A DNA stretch of 64,000 nt from Octopus sinensis (Eukaryota). The translations under genes and the position numbers were made by a program. The stretch lies in the NCBI RefSeq assembly GCF_006345805.1, contig NC_042997.1, positions 44,392,001 to 44,456,000 of the forward strand, in the 5' to 3' direction. Under the pieces are notes generated by a model that did no database searches, had not been told where the DNA came from, and worked only from the letters and a program-made list of their open reading frames with translations. Positions 50,340-62,861 of this stretch are shown one piece after another; position 1 is the stretch's first letter, and each line of letters opens with the position of its first letter.

Positions 50340-50930
50340 ATCATCATCATCGTTTAACGTCCATTTTCCATGCTAGCATGGGTTGGATGGTTTGACTGAG
50401 GTCTGGAGAGCCAGCGGCTGCACCAGGATCCAGTCTGATCTGGCAATGTTTCTACAGCTGGATGCCCTTCCTAATGCCAACCACTCCAAGAGTGTAGTGG
50501 GTGCTTTTTACATGCCACCGGCATGGGAGCCAGTCAGGCGGGCCTGACATCAATCACATTCGGATGGTGTTTCTTACGTGCCACCGGCACAAGAGCCAGT
50601 CAGTGGGTACTGGCCACAGCTACAATATTTGTTTTACTTGACTCAACAGATCTTCTCTAGCATATCATATCACCTGACGCATCAGGGGTACTCTTAACAG
50701 GGCCAGACATGCATGGCTGCGATCTCACTTTAGTTGCCAGGTCTTCTTAATCACAGCATATCTCCAAAGGTCCCGGTCTCCTGTCATTGCCTCTGTGAGG
50801 CCCAATGTTCAAAGGTCATGCTTCACCACCACATCCCATGTCTTCCTGGGTCTATCTCTTCCACAGGTTCCTTCTACAGTTAGGGAGTGGCACTTGTTCG
50901 CACAGCTGTCTTCATTTATGCGTAACACAT
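50340..50930 (-). mobile_element. RTE LINE 3' fragment
   Basis: VEGTCGR.RPRKTWDVVVKHD plus UTR and (GAT)n. Confidence 0.8.
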
Positions 50931-51499
50931 TATTATATGGATTAATTCTGCCGAGGTTGACTTAGCCTTTCATCTTTTCGGGCTCGATGAAATAAGTACC
51001 AGTCAAGTACTGAGGTTGATAAAATCAACTAGCTTTTTCCTACTCAAATTTCAGGCCTTGTGCCTATAGTAGAAAGGATTGTTATATGACTTCCATAGAA
51101 AATCTTTTATTGACAAAACATTACTGCACACGATACAAAGAATACCTCTTTTCCATTTTAGTTTTGTCAAGGTTTTCTCAAGGACAGTCATAAAACCAAA
51201 AACAAAAAGATATGGGTATTTATGCATTATGTATTGACCATGGAATAAAAGGTATTGCACTGAATAAGTGTATCTTTTCTGTTGCTATTATGGTTTTCTA
51301 ATTTTAAAAATTTTGTTCCAGTTGTTTTCAAATTTGGAGTTTTGTTGTAGAGTTTGTATGCTAATTATGGAAATGAAATTCATTTTACCATAAATTAATG
51401 AATAAAAAACTAATAGCTTTTAAAGTTTGCAAATTTTGGGCAATTTTAACCAATTGAAAGCCACAGACACCTTGGTGCCTGTTTACACAGCAACAAGCC

Positions 51500-52410
51500 A
51501 AGCTGTAGTCTGCTCCTGAAAAGGATGCAATGAGTGTGTGTCTTGTCAGAAAAGAGACATGGATTAAGGAATTGACTTCAGTTCAGTTTTGTGTTGAAGA
51601 ACTGAGTAGGAGCCACTGCACAGCTGTTGATTACAAGAGCTACTTTGTGTAATATATGTCCAAGCTTTTAAATGTGAAATTGTTGTCAGCGGCTGATTGG
51701 GTGGGATCAAAAGCAGTTTTGACCCTATGGACCCAATCAGCCGCTAAAGATCTGGTATTTCCAGATTTTTTGAAAATGGCCGGTTGCAGGTACCCAGTGA
51801 TGCTTGAGGGACGCCTCCTCAAGTGTCACCTGTGCCATACTAAGAAGAACTGTCCCCAGGACCAAAGTAGGGTCCTGGAGCAGTTAATAAAAGTAGTGCC
51901 CTCTCCTTTAAAGGGAGAGATGGAGGCAGTCGAAGAGGTGGAGACCTTCTCGAAAAAGGGGAAAAAGGAAGAAGGTGGGCAACAATGGTTGCCCACCGAA
52001 GGACCCCAAGGCTGCAGGAGGGAGGGATGATCATCTGGATAAAGCAGAAGAACTACACCCTCCTGTAGCACAAGGGAGAAAAAAAAGAAGAAGAATGGGA
52101 CACTGCCGGTAGTTAGTAGTAGACTGCTGGCATGTCCTGAAACCTCTTTGGTGGGAATTGTTCCACCGACGGAAGAAGCTGTGGCCCTTCCTATTATGAT
52201 GAAGGATGAATTTGGGATCTCCTTTCTTAAGGGAAGGGCAGTTCAGAGCTTTGTGAAGAAGCTAGAGGGCTGGTGGGAAGGGGCCCAGTCCTGTACTGAA
52301 GACCCAAATTGGCCTCCGCAGGTTTACTGCAGAGGTCATAATGTTCAGGGTGATGGACTTCTTTCCCAGGGACCAATAGTTTTGTTTGTTGGAGCCCCGA
52401 CTTAGAACTG
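51500..52410 (+). mobile_element. L1/Tx1-like LINE ORF1 (zinc-knuckle) remnant
   Basis: YPVMLEGRLLKCHLCHTKKNCPQ (degenerate CCHC knuckle after EGR); basic low-complexity tail. Confidence 0.5.
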
Positions 52411-52699
52411 CAGGATTGCCTGCAGGAGGCAAGTTACTTGGTCAGGGAGGAAAGGTAAGAGACCTTAGTACCTCGATTTGAAATTTGAATTTGTTATTTT
52501 TTGGTAAGAGGCTCAGCGTCTCATCTTGTAAGGATGATTGCGTCCATTCTTTGAACTTTGGTAAGAGGTTCATTACCTCATTTTGTGTTGTTGAGAAAAA
52601 GAGAACAATGTCTTCAGGAAGCAGCAATCGGTGGGCGTTGTCTGCTTCCCCCACCAACCATCTTTTCATTTCTTTCATTCCATTATCATTTGTGTCTTT

Positions 52700-53570
52700 G
52701 TTCAACCCGCAGCTACATCACTGTAAAGCTGTATGGCCACTTTATGAAATATGCAGAGGACCTGCTCCACAACCTAGTTCAGATAGCTGGTCCTGGGAAT
52801 ATTGTTGAGATAGACAAAACTGTCTTTTCAAGACATAAGTACAACCAAGGAAGGGTGTTTGCTACCGGAGCAGTGGGTTTTCATAGAAGCATGTTTTGCT
52901 TTATGTGATGCAATGTCAGAATTGTGACACACTAGAGCAGAGGTTGGTGAAAAATTAAATTCTTGTGGGTAATGAGGACTCAGTAGACATAAGTCAAATT
53001 ATGCCAGCGCCGCCTTGGCTGGCTTCCGTGCCGGTGACACGTTAAAAGCACCAACCGATCGTGGCCGATGCCAGACTCCCCTGGCACCTGTACAGGTGGC
53101 ACGTAAAAAGCACCCACTACACTCTCGGAGTGGTTGGCGTTAGGAAGGGCATCCAGCTGTAGAAACACTGCCAGATCAGACTGGAGCCTGGTGCAGCCCC
53201 TGGCTTCCCAGACCCCGGTCGAACCGTCCAACCCATGCCAGCATGGAAAATGGACGCTAAATGATGATGTGTTCTTTGTTATGTGTGATTTTCTTACTTT
53301 TGAATCAAGAGGGTAACGTCGGCAGAAATAAATATATTTTGGGTTAAAAAAAAGTTCCCCGACCCTTGCACTAGAGGAACGCATATATCAGTTGGTTCTT
53401 CCAGGAACCACAGTTTTCAATGACTTATGGAGGACCTACTCTCACATTCCTGAGATGGATGGTTATAATTTTTGACAGAATAGTGAATCGCAACATTGAG
53501 TTTATTAACTCAAAATTAGTGCCCACACACACATAAAAGGGGAAAAAAGCACATGGGCTTGTGTAAAATG
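52700..53570 (+). mobile_element. Merlin (IS1595/IS1016-like DDE) transposase relic, interrupted by an RTE tail
   Basis: AGPGNIVEIDKTVFSRHKYNQGR, then LEERIYQLVLPGTTVFNDLWRTYSH..GY...AHTH. Confidence 0.8.
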
Positions 53571-53618
53571 AATGCCTTGTGAGTGGATTTGGTAGACGGA
53601 AACTGAAAGAAGCCTGTC

Positions 53619-53688
<70 letters not shown>

Positions 53689-53704
53689 ATATATATATAT
53701 CTAT

Positions 53705-54365
53705 ACAATATGTTACATTACTCGGTAGTCAAGATAAAACTCTGAGTTTCAGATGCCGAAGTGGAAATCCACAACACCATCTCTTCGGTTATCTGGCTAT
53801 TTGAAAACGTTATGAAAAAATACCGTTAAATAAAGGGAAATTACTCTGTTATAACTCTGCTTGCCTGCGTACTTATACATCGCTCGCATTTTTCGTCATA
53901 AAAATTATATAAAAATACATAAAAAATATATAAAAAATATATAAAAATATATAAATTCTTCTTGGGACATAACATAGAAAGCATGTTCTATCTGTTTTCT
54001 TTAGGTGACCAAAAACGTAACAGAAACTTAGTCACATGTGGGCATGATCCGAAAAGCTCTGTCCTTGTATTTAGACATGTGGTAGGGTCTAAGCTGCTTT
54101 TCCAGATAAGCCATCTCTCCATGTCGCATAGACCGCACCTTCCGCTGCCGTTAGTATAGGGCTTACATCTGGCCAAAATCTTCCATTGTATGTTATAATC
54201 GACACCTTTATCTCTTAAAGACCAAATATGATTAGACAATTGTGTCGCTTTTCTTTTGTTCCAGTGCCTAAAGCTCAAAGTGTGGTTATTGAACCTGGCC
54301 TTGAAATTACCCTCTGTAAGGCCCACGTATTTCTTCGTCGAAATGGTGTCTTCAGTGGTTATAGA
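53705..54365 (-). mobile_element. Penelope-like element 3' fragment (GIY-YIG C-terminal half, 3' UTR)
   Basis: KYVGLTEGNFKARFNNHTLSF...TQLSNHIWSL...WKIL..CGLCDME...LNTRTELFGSCPH. Confidence 0.92.
53732..53794 (-). ncRNA. Hammerhead-like motif (CCGAAGA core variant) in PLE 3' UTR
   Basis: AGATAA CCGAAGA GATG..CATC T GAAAC TCAGA GTT TTATCT; perfect 6-bp stem I. Confidence 0.65.
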
Positions 54366-54968
54366 GTTTATATATATGTATGTGTGTTTGTGTGTCTGTG
54401 TTTGTCCCCCTAGCATTGCTTGACAACCGATGCTGATGTGTTTACATCCCCGTCACTTAGCGGTTCGGCAAAAGAGACCGATAGAATAAGTACTGGGCTT
54501 ACAAAGAATAAGTCCCGGGGTCGATTTGCTCGACTAAAGGCGGTACTCCAGCATGGCCGCAGTCAAATGACTGAAACAAGTAAAAGAGTAAAGAGTAAAT
54601 TTTAAAATGATCTTTTTAGAGAAATTAAGATGTCTGTCTAAGTTTAACCAGATTATATTTCTTGTCTCCTGATTTGACCCTTTCATCACCATTCTTCTGT
54701 TGAAGTATACCACCTAATTAATTTTGAAAACAATGGAAAATTTAATAAAATAACTATTAATAATTATTAAGCTGTTGTTTGGAACATAAATTACACAAAA
54801 TTTTGATGAAAGGTTTTGATTTATGTTGTTTTAAAATGGAAAGCTTGTATTATAACCTGGGACAATCTTAGCCTGGTTGATATCAAAAGAGTTACACTAC
54901 CTTGGTTATTTGTGCCTAAGATTCTTGTATCCTATTATACTTATATATATATAGAGATAGATATATAT

Positions 54969-55007
<39 letters not shown>

Positions 55008-55009
<2 letters not shown>

Positions 55010-55243
55010 GGAGTAAACACATAAATGTGAAACAAGGTAGAAAAAAGAGTACTCAGATACCAGTGGTAGAGTAATATGCTTTATTTAAAGCAGCAGAAAA
55101 TTCAACAAAACCTGTTACTCTGAGTTTCCTGTTGCCGTTCATTGGACAGTTTTTGCTAGATTCTAGCAAAAACAGTCCGATGAACAGCAATGGGAAATTC
55201 AGAGTAACAGGTTTTGTTGAATTTTCTGCTGCTTTAAATAAAG
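55008..55243. mobile_element. (TA)n-bounded fold-back element (arms 55079-55160 / 55162-55243) with back-to-back hammerhead-like motifs; probable PLE terminus
   Basis: 1-nt centre. Two-arm consensus AAAACTGT CCGATGA ACGGCAAC.. GAAACTCAGAGTA ACAGGTTTT. Confidence 0.65.
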
Positions 55244-55262
55244 TATATATATATAGATATAA

Positions 55263-55316
<54 letters not shown>

Positions 55317-56899
55317 TATATTAATAAATGAAATAAAACATATGCATATATATAAACATATATGTACGTACCTACCTCTACATGTACATATACACGCATA
55401 TATGAGTACAGGACACCAAAGGGACGTCGAACACAAGGAGAAATGAAAACATAGACACAAACCAAAGGAACTGGACATTTTTTTAAAAACAACAAAAAAT
55501 CGAGTACAGGACAATTAACACAAAGAAAAAAACCCCTTCTTCAGTCGCTATGGTTTCATCTACTCTACGTTTCGAAGGATATATATATATATTTATAGAT
55601 ATATAGATATATATAAGTTAAGTTTCTTTAAGGCTTTTTTTCACAATGTTATAGTGAACTCAAAAGCTTTGGCACCCTTCATTGCCAATTCTGTTCTTGG
55701 GATTCTTTTTATGATCAGAAATTGTTGGCTTGGTTGGCTGAAGAATGTTACTAGCAAATTTCCAATTGTAACCTTTTGTTATTGAGATACAGAAGTCAAG
55801 ACTATTATTAGGGACTTGTAGAATATAAATTGTCTTAAAAATCAAAATTCTTGTGTAGTGTAGCCTTGGTTTATTTATAACCTTAGCCATTACATACCTG
55901 CAAAAAAAGACACTCTCTCTCTCTCTCTCTGTCCCCCCCCCTACCATCCATCCATCCATCCATCAGTTTTCTGCACTCTTACCTTTAACCAAATTCCACT
56001 TACAAGGTATTGGCCGGCCAATGGCTGTGATAGAAGACATTCAGTATTGACCCCATAAGGTTGTGAAAAAACTTCTTAATCACAGAGCCATGCTTTCCTT
56101 CATATTTGAAGACATACTTCCTCATGCTATAGCGATTGATTATCAAGATTGTGCTACTTGCCAACCATTAACTTCTGAGCTCAAAATCCTCATTTTAGCC
56201 ATTGTGATCCTTACACTACGAATGTCAGTCTGCCAAATTGTGAATAGGGATCACTTCCATTTCGCAGATAATGTCCAGAAGAAAGCCTAGTTTTGAAAAT
56301 AGCATGTCCCAAACAATTTACATGCAAATCTTAAAATTTGTGAAAAAAAGGAGAAAAAATTAATTGTACTACAAAGCCAACAGATGTAAGAACTTATTAA
56401 AAAGGAAAGGAAGGATATTGAATTGGAAGATCTACAACATTTAAGGTTTTAGATGTAGTGTGGTTTGAATTATGGAGTTGATTGGTTAAGACTACGAGTG
56501 TAAAGGTCAGAAATTGAAATGTAGCCACAAACTTTGCATTATATTCGTAGGCAAAACTTCCTGTCGGGAATTTATGTTAATGCCATGCTATTAATTATTC
56601 CTTTCATGAATCACAATTTTCCATACAACTGGTGTCTCTTTCGTTTTTTTTTCTCTCTCTCTCAAGCTATTACAGAATGTTTAACTAGAGAAAATATAGT
56701 AAATTACCAGTAAAAGTGGTTAGTTTCATCCTATGAGTTCAGTTGGGCAGTGGTTGGGCTAAAAATAGGTACCAGTAATATATGGCAGTAGATTTGATTG
56801 ACTATACACCCTCCTGTAAAATATGCAATGTTGAATTTGTCAAAAGAGATAAGTTCTTTACCTGACTAGTGATTAGATAATTTTCAGCTCTTCTTTCTG

Positions 56900-57500
56900 T
56901 ATTGACTTTGAAGAAGCACAATTTATAATCAACTTAGGAAGAGACCAACCAACTACTAATTTTACCTTGTGTTTTCATCATTACAATAACCATCTCTGGA
57001 GCTGAAACCTTCCCTACCTTTAATTCATTGATCACCTCACTAATTATGCTTGAACTAATCTCTATAGTTGGCTGCTTTATTGGTTCTGCTGTTTCGTAAT
57101 CCCATTTACATTCCTTATTAAACAACCTCGGATACTGGCCCTTCTACACCTCTTTCTTTTCACAGATATTGAAGGTAGTGTGAAAGTTTCATTTTGGATA
57201 CGGTTCTATGTAATTACATCCTAGTTCTTGTAAATTGGGATACTTAATGTCTCTTGTCCACACCTGCAGATTATTTCCCGATATTTCACTTTGTTTCTCT
57301 CTTTTTTCCCATTCTTCCAAGACTGTCACTTAGTTTTTAAAGCACTATTCACCAAATTACTTCATCATCACACTGCTATCTGTTTGGCCGGGATCCTGCT
57401 CCAGACATCCATTTATCCATAAAATTTGGTCATTTCCTTGTAGCATGTTGATTCTTAGCAAATCTCAGATGATTTCTCTGTTATTGTTCCCTATCTTCTA
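56900..57500 (-). mobile_element. Old RTE LINE fragment (region upstream of RT)
   Basis: EPIKQPTIEISSSIISEVINELKVGKVSAPEMVIVMMK resembles the RTE 'MKxGKAxGPxxIxxEM' motif. Confidence 0.55.
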
Positions 57501-57603
57501 ACGATCTAAATAGGTGTCATAAAGTGTTATTTGAAAGTCACACCTTAAAGTAAGTTTTTTTAACTTCAAAGTTGTAATAGGTTCCTGCATTTCCAACACT
57601 TAA

Positions 57604-57649
<46 letters not shown>

Positions 57650-58695
57650 TATATGTGTGTGTGTGTATCATTGTTGTTTTAATGTCCACTTTTCCATGCT
57701 TACATGAGTCAGATGGATTTTCTTGAGGTAGATTTTTACAGCTTGATACCCCTCCTGTTTCGGATCCTCCAGAGCCAGACATTATTTTTTGCTTCATAGA
57801 TTTGGAATGTGCAGTGTTGGTTTGCAACCATCACATATTATAAAGACAAGAGGCCTCCATATCCACAAATACATACATTATTTATATCTCTTCTATCTTT
57901 TTTTCTTGTTTCAGTTATTAGACTGGGGAACCACCTTGAAGAATTTTAGTCCAATGAATTGACCCCAATACTTGCTATTTTTTTGTAAAGCCTGGTACCT
58001 ATTATATTAGCCTCTTTTGCTGAACCACTAAGTTATGAGGATGTAAATGCACCAACACCGGTTGTCAAGGAGTGGTGGGGAACAAACATACACACACACA
58101 CATATGTGACAAGTTTCTTACAGTTTCCCTCTCCTAAATCCACTGACAAGGCTTTAGTTGACCTGGAGATATATGAGGAGACACTTGCCCAAGGTGCCAC
58201 ACAGTGGGACTGAACCTAAAACCATGTGGTTGAGAAGCAAACTTCTTACCACATAGCCATGCTTGTGCCTATATATAGATTTCTTTCAGTTTCCGTCTAG
58301 TGAATCTAGTCGTACTCACAAGGCTTTGTTTGTTCCAAGGGCTATAGTAAAAGACACTTGTCCTTGTCTAAGGTGCCTCACAGACCCAAACTTCATGATT
58401 GTGAAGCAAGCTTCTTCACCACACACCCATGCCTGGGCCTGCAGTTTTGTGTTTGAGACATTTAACTTGTTCTAAGTAAGGACTATAAGTAGTATATTTT
58501 ACTTCTGTAAGCAACAATAGCACTGTCTCTCTTTTTGACTTGCTGTCCTTAGTTGAATTTGTTTTTCTACTAACTGCACTAGTTTAATTAGTACCATCAG
58601 CCCCTGACCCGTGGGGGTCTGGAAAGGATTTGTTTAGCTAAAATTCATTGTGGCTATTGATGATTTTGCATCAGTAAGTTTCAATTGCTGTTTAA

Positions 58696-58924
58696 CCCTT
58701 TAGTGTTCGTATTATTCTGCCAAAATTAATCCTTTTTTATCCACATTGCCTTGAACTAATCAGGCATTATCTTGGAGCTATGAGATTTTGATGAGGTAGC
58801 TGTTAATTTTTAAAACAATATTGTGAGGTTGTGGGGTTGGTGTGAGAGACCAGATCTGGCCAGTTTGAACATAAAACAGGTAGAATACTTTTGGCCGGAT
58901 ATGGCCGGTTTAAATGCTAAAGGG
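58696..58924. mobile_element. piggyBac-type MITE
   Basis: TTAA|CCCTTTAG ... CTAAAGGG|TTAA. Confidence 0.8.
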
Positions 58925-61820
58925 TTAAAAACCTCGGTCATTCTTGTTTGAAGAGGCCCATGACAAAAGGCTTTAACAGCTATGGCCATTCCATTTTGTT
59001 TTCAGGAATAGTGTGTTATTTTTTTCTCCCTATTTTTAAAGATTGTAGGGTATAATTTGAAGAAAATGTAGCTATCATTTCTAGCAGATTTAGAGAGTCG
59101 TGGAAACTTTTCTTGGCTTGATAGATAACTGTTATGTTTGGTGTGCCTCAAGAAACGTGTTAGACATTTCAAGATGAGACATTATTTCGCTTGCATTCAT
59201 TTCTCATATTTTGGTTTTCATAATAATCAACAAGTATTCTAGGTTCATTCTTGGCACTAAGTTTTTAAATGTAATAATAAATAATAATTTAACTTAGACT
59301 TGTTATATTACAGTAAATCCCAAATACTAGGTTTTCTCTCGAGGGCTAGAAAATTCATTATCTTTGATCAGTTGCTATAAAGCACAAAGTACATCCTACT
59401 TTGTGTGTTGTTCACATACCTGAGATAGTATTGCTGCCACACACACATGCCTTCCTAGACTGCATCTCTAAAAGAAGCTCATACTGTGCCCCCACTTTTG
59501 GTCCATTTGTTACGTTATTTGTCTCAGTCCCAAAACTTTTCACTAAACACTTTGCATAAACCTACCTACAAATTGTGTTATGCTTATTGTTACTCTGAAC
59601 AAGAATAACTATGAAAGAATAGTTTATGTTAAAAGCCAAAATTGTTATGCAAAATACATACTTTTGTGTTAAGCTAGGAAATTATTTAATCCCAAGTCAA
59701 GATTTGTCAGTAGCAATTGAGGAAATATTGTGTTGATATGAAAACAGCCTATTGATATGCTGGATACCAAATAAAAGAATGATGCCATGATTGGACAGTC
59801 TTCAATTAAACATGTTCTTAACCTCAGTTTTGCTACTTCTATGTTTCTTAGGTATTTTGGGCCTGGAATACATTATCTCAACGTGTCTTGTAGATTTGTT
59901 CCATTGAAGATTTAAATAGTTTACATGTTGGATCATAATAGTGATGGAAATGCTAGTTTATTCTTAGGTTACTAATAGCTAGTAATGTCATTGGTACTGG
60001 TTTTCTTAACGGTTGACTGAGGTGTGTGCAACATATGCCATATAACTTGGCTGTTGAAGCTTTCATATTCAAGTAGTGATTTGTGGGAGAATACACTGGA
60101 AAGTTGTGATGCACTGGAGTTGGATCAGTGCATTACAGGTACATTTTGTTTGGAAATAAAAAAAAAAAAAAGATTTAAGTGGTGCAATTGGTATGGGAAG
60201 ATAGCAAAAAATGTTTTAAAACTGAAAACTTAGGAAAAGAATATAGAATATTATTGCTTACTTGAGTTTATTAATCATAATTTTCTACGACAAATTTATG
60301 AATAACACATTTTGTTTTTTGAAGACACTAAGCATTAGTATAGATTTTCTAAAGTGTTAAATTATAGTTTTGAAAATCTGCAACACACTCAGTGCACCAG
60401 AATGCTGCAGCACGCTATTTTAGAAGCAGTGATCTATAGTTTCAGTGTCTAAAATTTTTGGTGCAGATGCATCTTCTCTTCATCTGCTCTGCCAGCAGGC
60501 ATCACCAGTCATTCTTAAAGTTTGGAAATTCATAATTTTTCTTGGGAAAAGATACCAAAGTTGTTTCTCATTGCCTGCTGTCAATTTACAGCCTACTTTG
60601 CCTGTTTCCTGCTCTCTGGATCTTACTCTTGTAACCTAGGGTCAACTTAATCCATGGGCAAGGGGACCGGTCATATGTCATCAGCACACATCCACACACA
60701 GCAGGCCTGTATCACATTGATGTCTGGGTGCCCTGCCCTCCCCCTAAGTCTCATATGCCTTAGCCACAGGACCATCTGCTTTTATGTTCTGCTGCTGGGA
60801 CTATAGCTCAGTGTGCTATCGCTCAAAGGTGAGGACAGACCTAGGAACTTTGGTATATAAATTTAACTCTCTACCTTCCAAGTGCTTTCATAAAATTATG
60901 ACAACTTTTAACTTAAATATGAACATTTTAAATCAAGGTAGTTTTTTTTTAATCAAAAAGCCAAAAATGCTCTCGGGTAGGTTGTAATTGAAAAGATTAA
61001 CTCTATAGTATCTACTTTGAGCTTATATATAAATATATATGTGTGTGTCTGGACACTAGACACATGTTTGTAAATAATTTCTATCTGATGGAACAATCAG
61101 AAGAATTAATTTTTGTGTCTTTTGAGAGAAAATTTCAGATTCAAAACTGTGTATTTGTCGCCACCACATCTGTTTTTAACTTAGCATACTTCAGATTTCA
61201 AGGGAACAATGTAAATGTAGAAATTATAAAGAATGGTTTGATAAAGATATCTTACAATTAGCCTGTTTGTATATATCTGCAGAAATAAAGTAAAGAAATA
61301 AATGATTAATTTCAACTTCTTCTTCACATGTTCATGTCCCTTCTTCTTCCCCTAATTCTAGCTAGGTCATTTTATGCAGTTTACAATGGCACAATTATTT
61401 CGTTTTCTATGTTGAAGTTAAGACTGTTTATATTGACACAACGGCATAATTACAGATTTCTGCCGCCACAGATTTTGGATGATCATGACTTTCAGAAAAA
61501 TGGATATTTTTTAAAGAAATTTTATACAAATATGTGTTATATCATGTAGATTCAAAATATACAAAATTTTTGTGGGGAAAGATTTTTAGGAGGGGGTGGG
61601 GTGGGGAATTTCTGAAAATTCACCAGAGTCCACTTCAATTTGTCTTAACTTTCAAGAAAATGGATATTTTTTAATGAAATCCTCTACAAATATACCCCAG
61701 ACTATTTAGATTCTGAGGACATAGGAATTTTGGGGGTAAACAATTGAGGGTTGTTTTTGAGAACTGTTCCCCACTCAGGTGTGTTTCGGAACAAGTTGTC
61801 CATATTTGTTTCAATTTCAC

Positions 61821-62226
61821 CCCCATCCCCATTTTCAAAAATTTTTTGCTATTTCTTTCTTTACCCATAATTTTAGATAGCATTTTGCAGAAATACATTT
61901 TCGAGAGAGTGTGTATTACATTAGATTGAAAATTCAAAGAAGTTTTAAATTAATAAGTGAAGTTGCAGAGATTATAGAAGTTAGTGGTAACAAAGTATGG
62001 AGAGATTAGACGATAAAGTCATCTTAAAAAACACGTTAGAGTTTTTGCATGAATGAGTGAAATCGAGTAAAAGTAAAATATTAACAAAATATCTTTTTCC
62101 TACCTCTTAAAATCACTGGATATATAATATATATAATAATCCTGAATAGATTTTCCTGGCTTGCCTGTCCTCCGTCAAAACATCCAACCCATGCCAGCAT
62201 GGAAAGCAGACGTTAAACGATGATGG

Positions 62227-62269
<43 letters not shown>

Positions 62270-62853
62270 ATATAATTATGATAGATTGATACCCATTCAA
62301 TGTTTAGGTAAACTTCGTCACTCACTCTCTCTTCCCCCCCCACTCAATGAAATGTATTTCGGTGCCAAAAATAGATTTTCTTTTTACAATTTTTGGTGCC
62401 GAAATTTGTTTCATCTTTGTGTGGAGAGAGAGAGAGAGAGAGACAGAGTGAGTGAGTGAGAGAAAGACAGAGTGGGTGACAAAGTTTACGTAAACATTGA
62501 ATGGGTTGGACAGTTTGAATGAGGACTGGCAAACCTGGAAAATCTATTTGGGATTATTTTATATAATATATCCAATGATTTTAAGAGGAAGGAAAAAGAT
62601 GTTTTACTCCATTTCACTCATTCATGCAAAAACTCTAATGTGTTTTTTTTCAAGATGAATTTATCGTTCGTTATCTCTCCACACTTCGTTACCACTAACT
62701 TCTATGACCTCTGCATCTTATTCATTTCAAACTTCTTTGAATTTTCAATAGAATGTAATCCACACTCTCTCGAAAACATATTTCTGCAAAATGTTATCTA
62801 AAATTATGAGTAAAGAAAGAAATAGCAAAAAAGTTTTGAAAATGGGGGTGGGG
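61821..62853. repeat. ~1-kb fold-back inverted duplication, ~17-nt loop
   Basis: Left arm 61821-62372 and right arm 62390-62853 are reverse complementary. The right arm lacks a 104-bp segment lying between ACCCAT repeats in the left arm. Confidence 0.92.
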
Positions 62854-62861
62854 ATTCCACA

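Larger units (their letters stand above)
53573..54597 (+). mobile_element. Family A SINE split by a Penelope insertion in its (TA)n
   Basis: SINE sequence 53573-53700 resumes at 54368-54597. Confidence 0.85.

Noticed and set aside
60635-60846. GC-richer segment bounded by CCTAGG(GTC)..(GAC)CTAGG
   Set aside because: Termini too short, and single copy in the window, to call a MITE.
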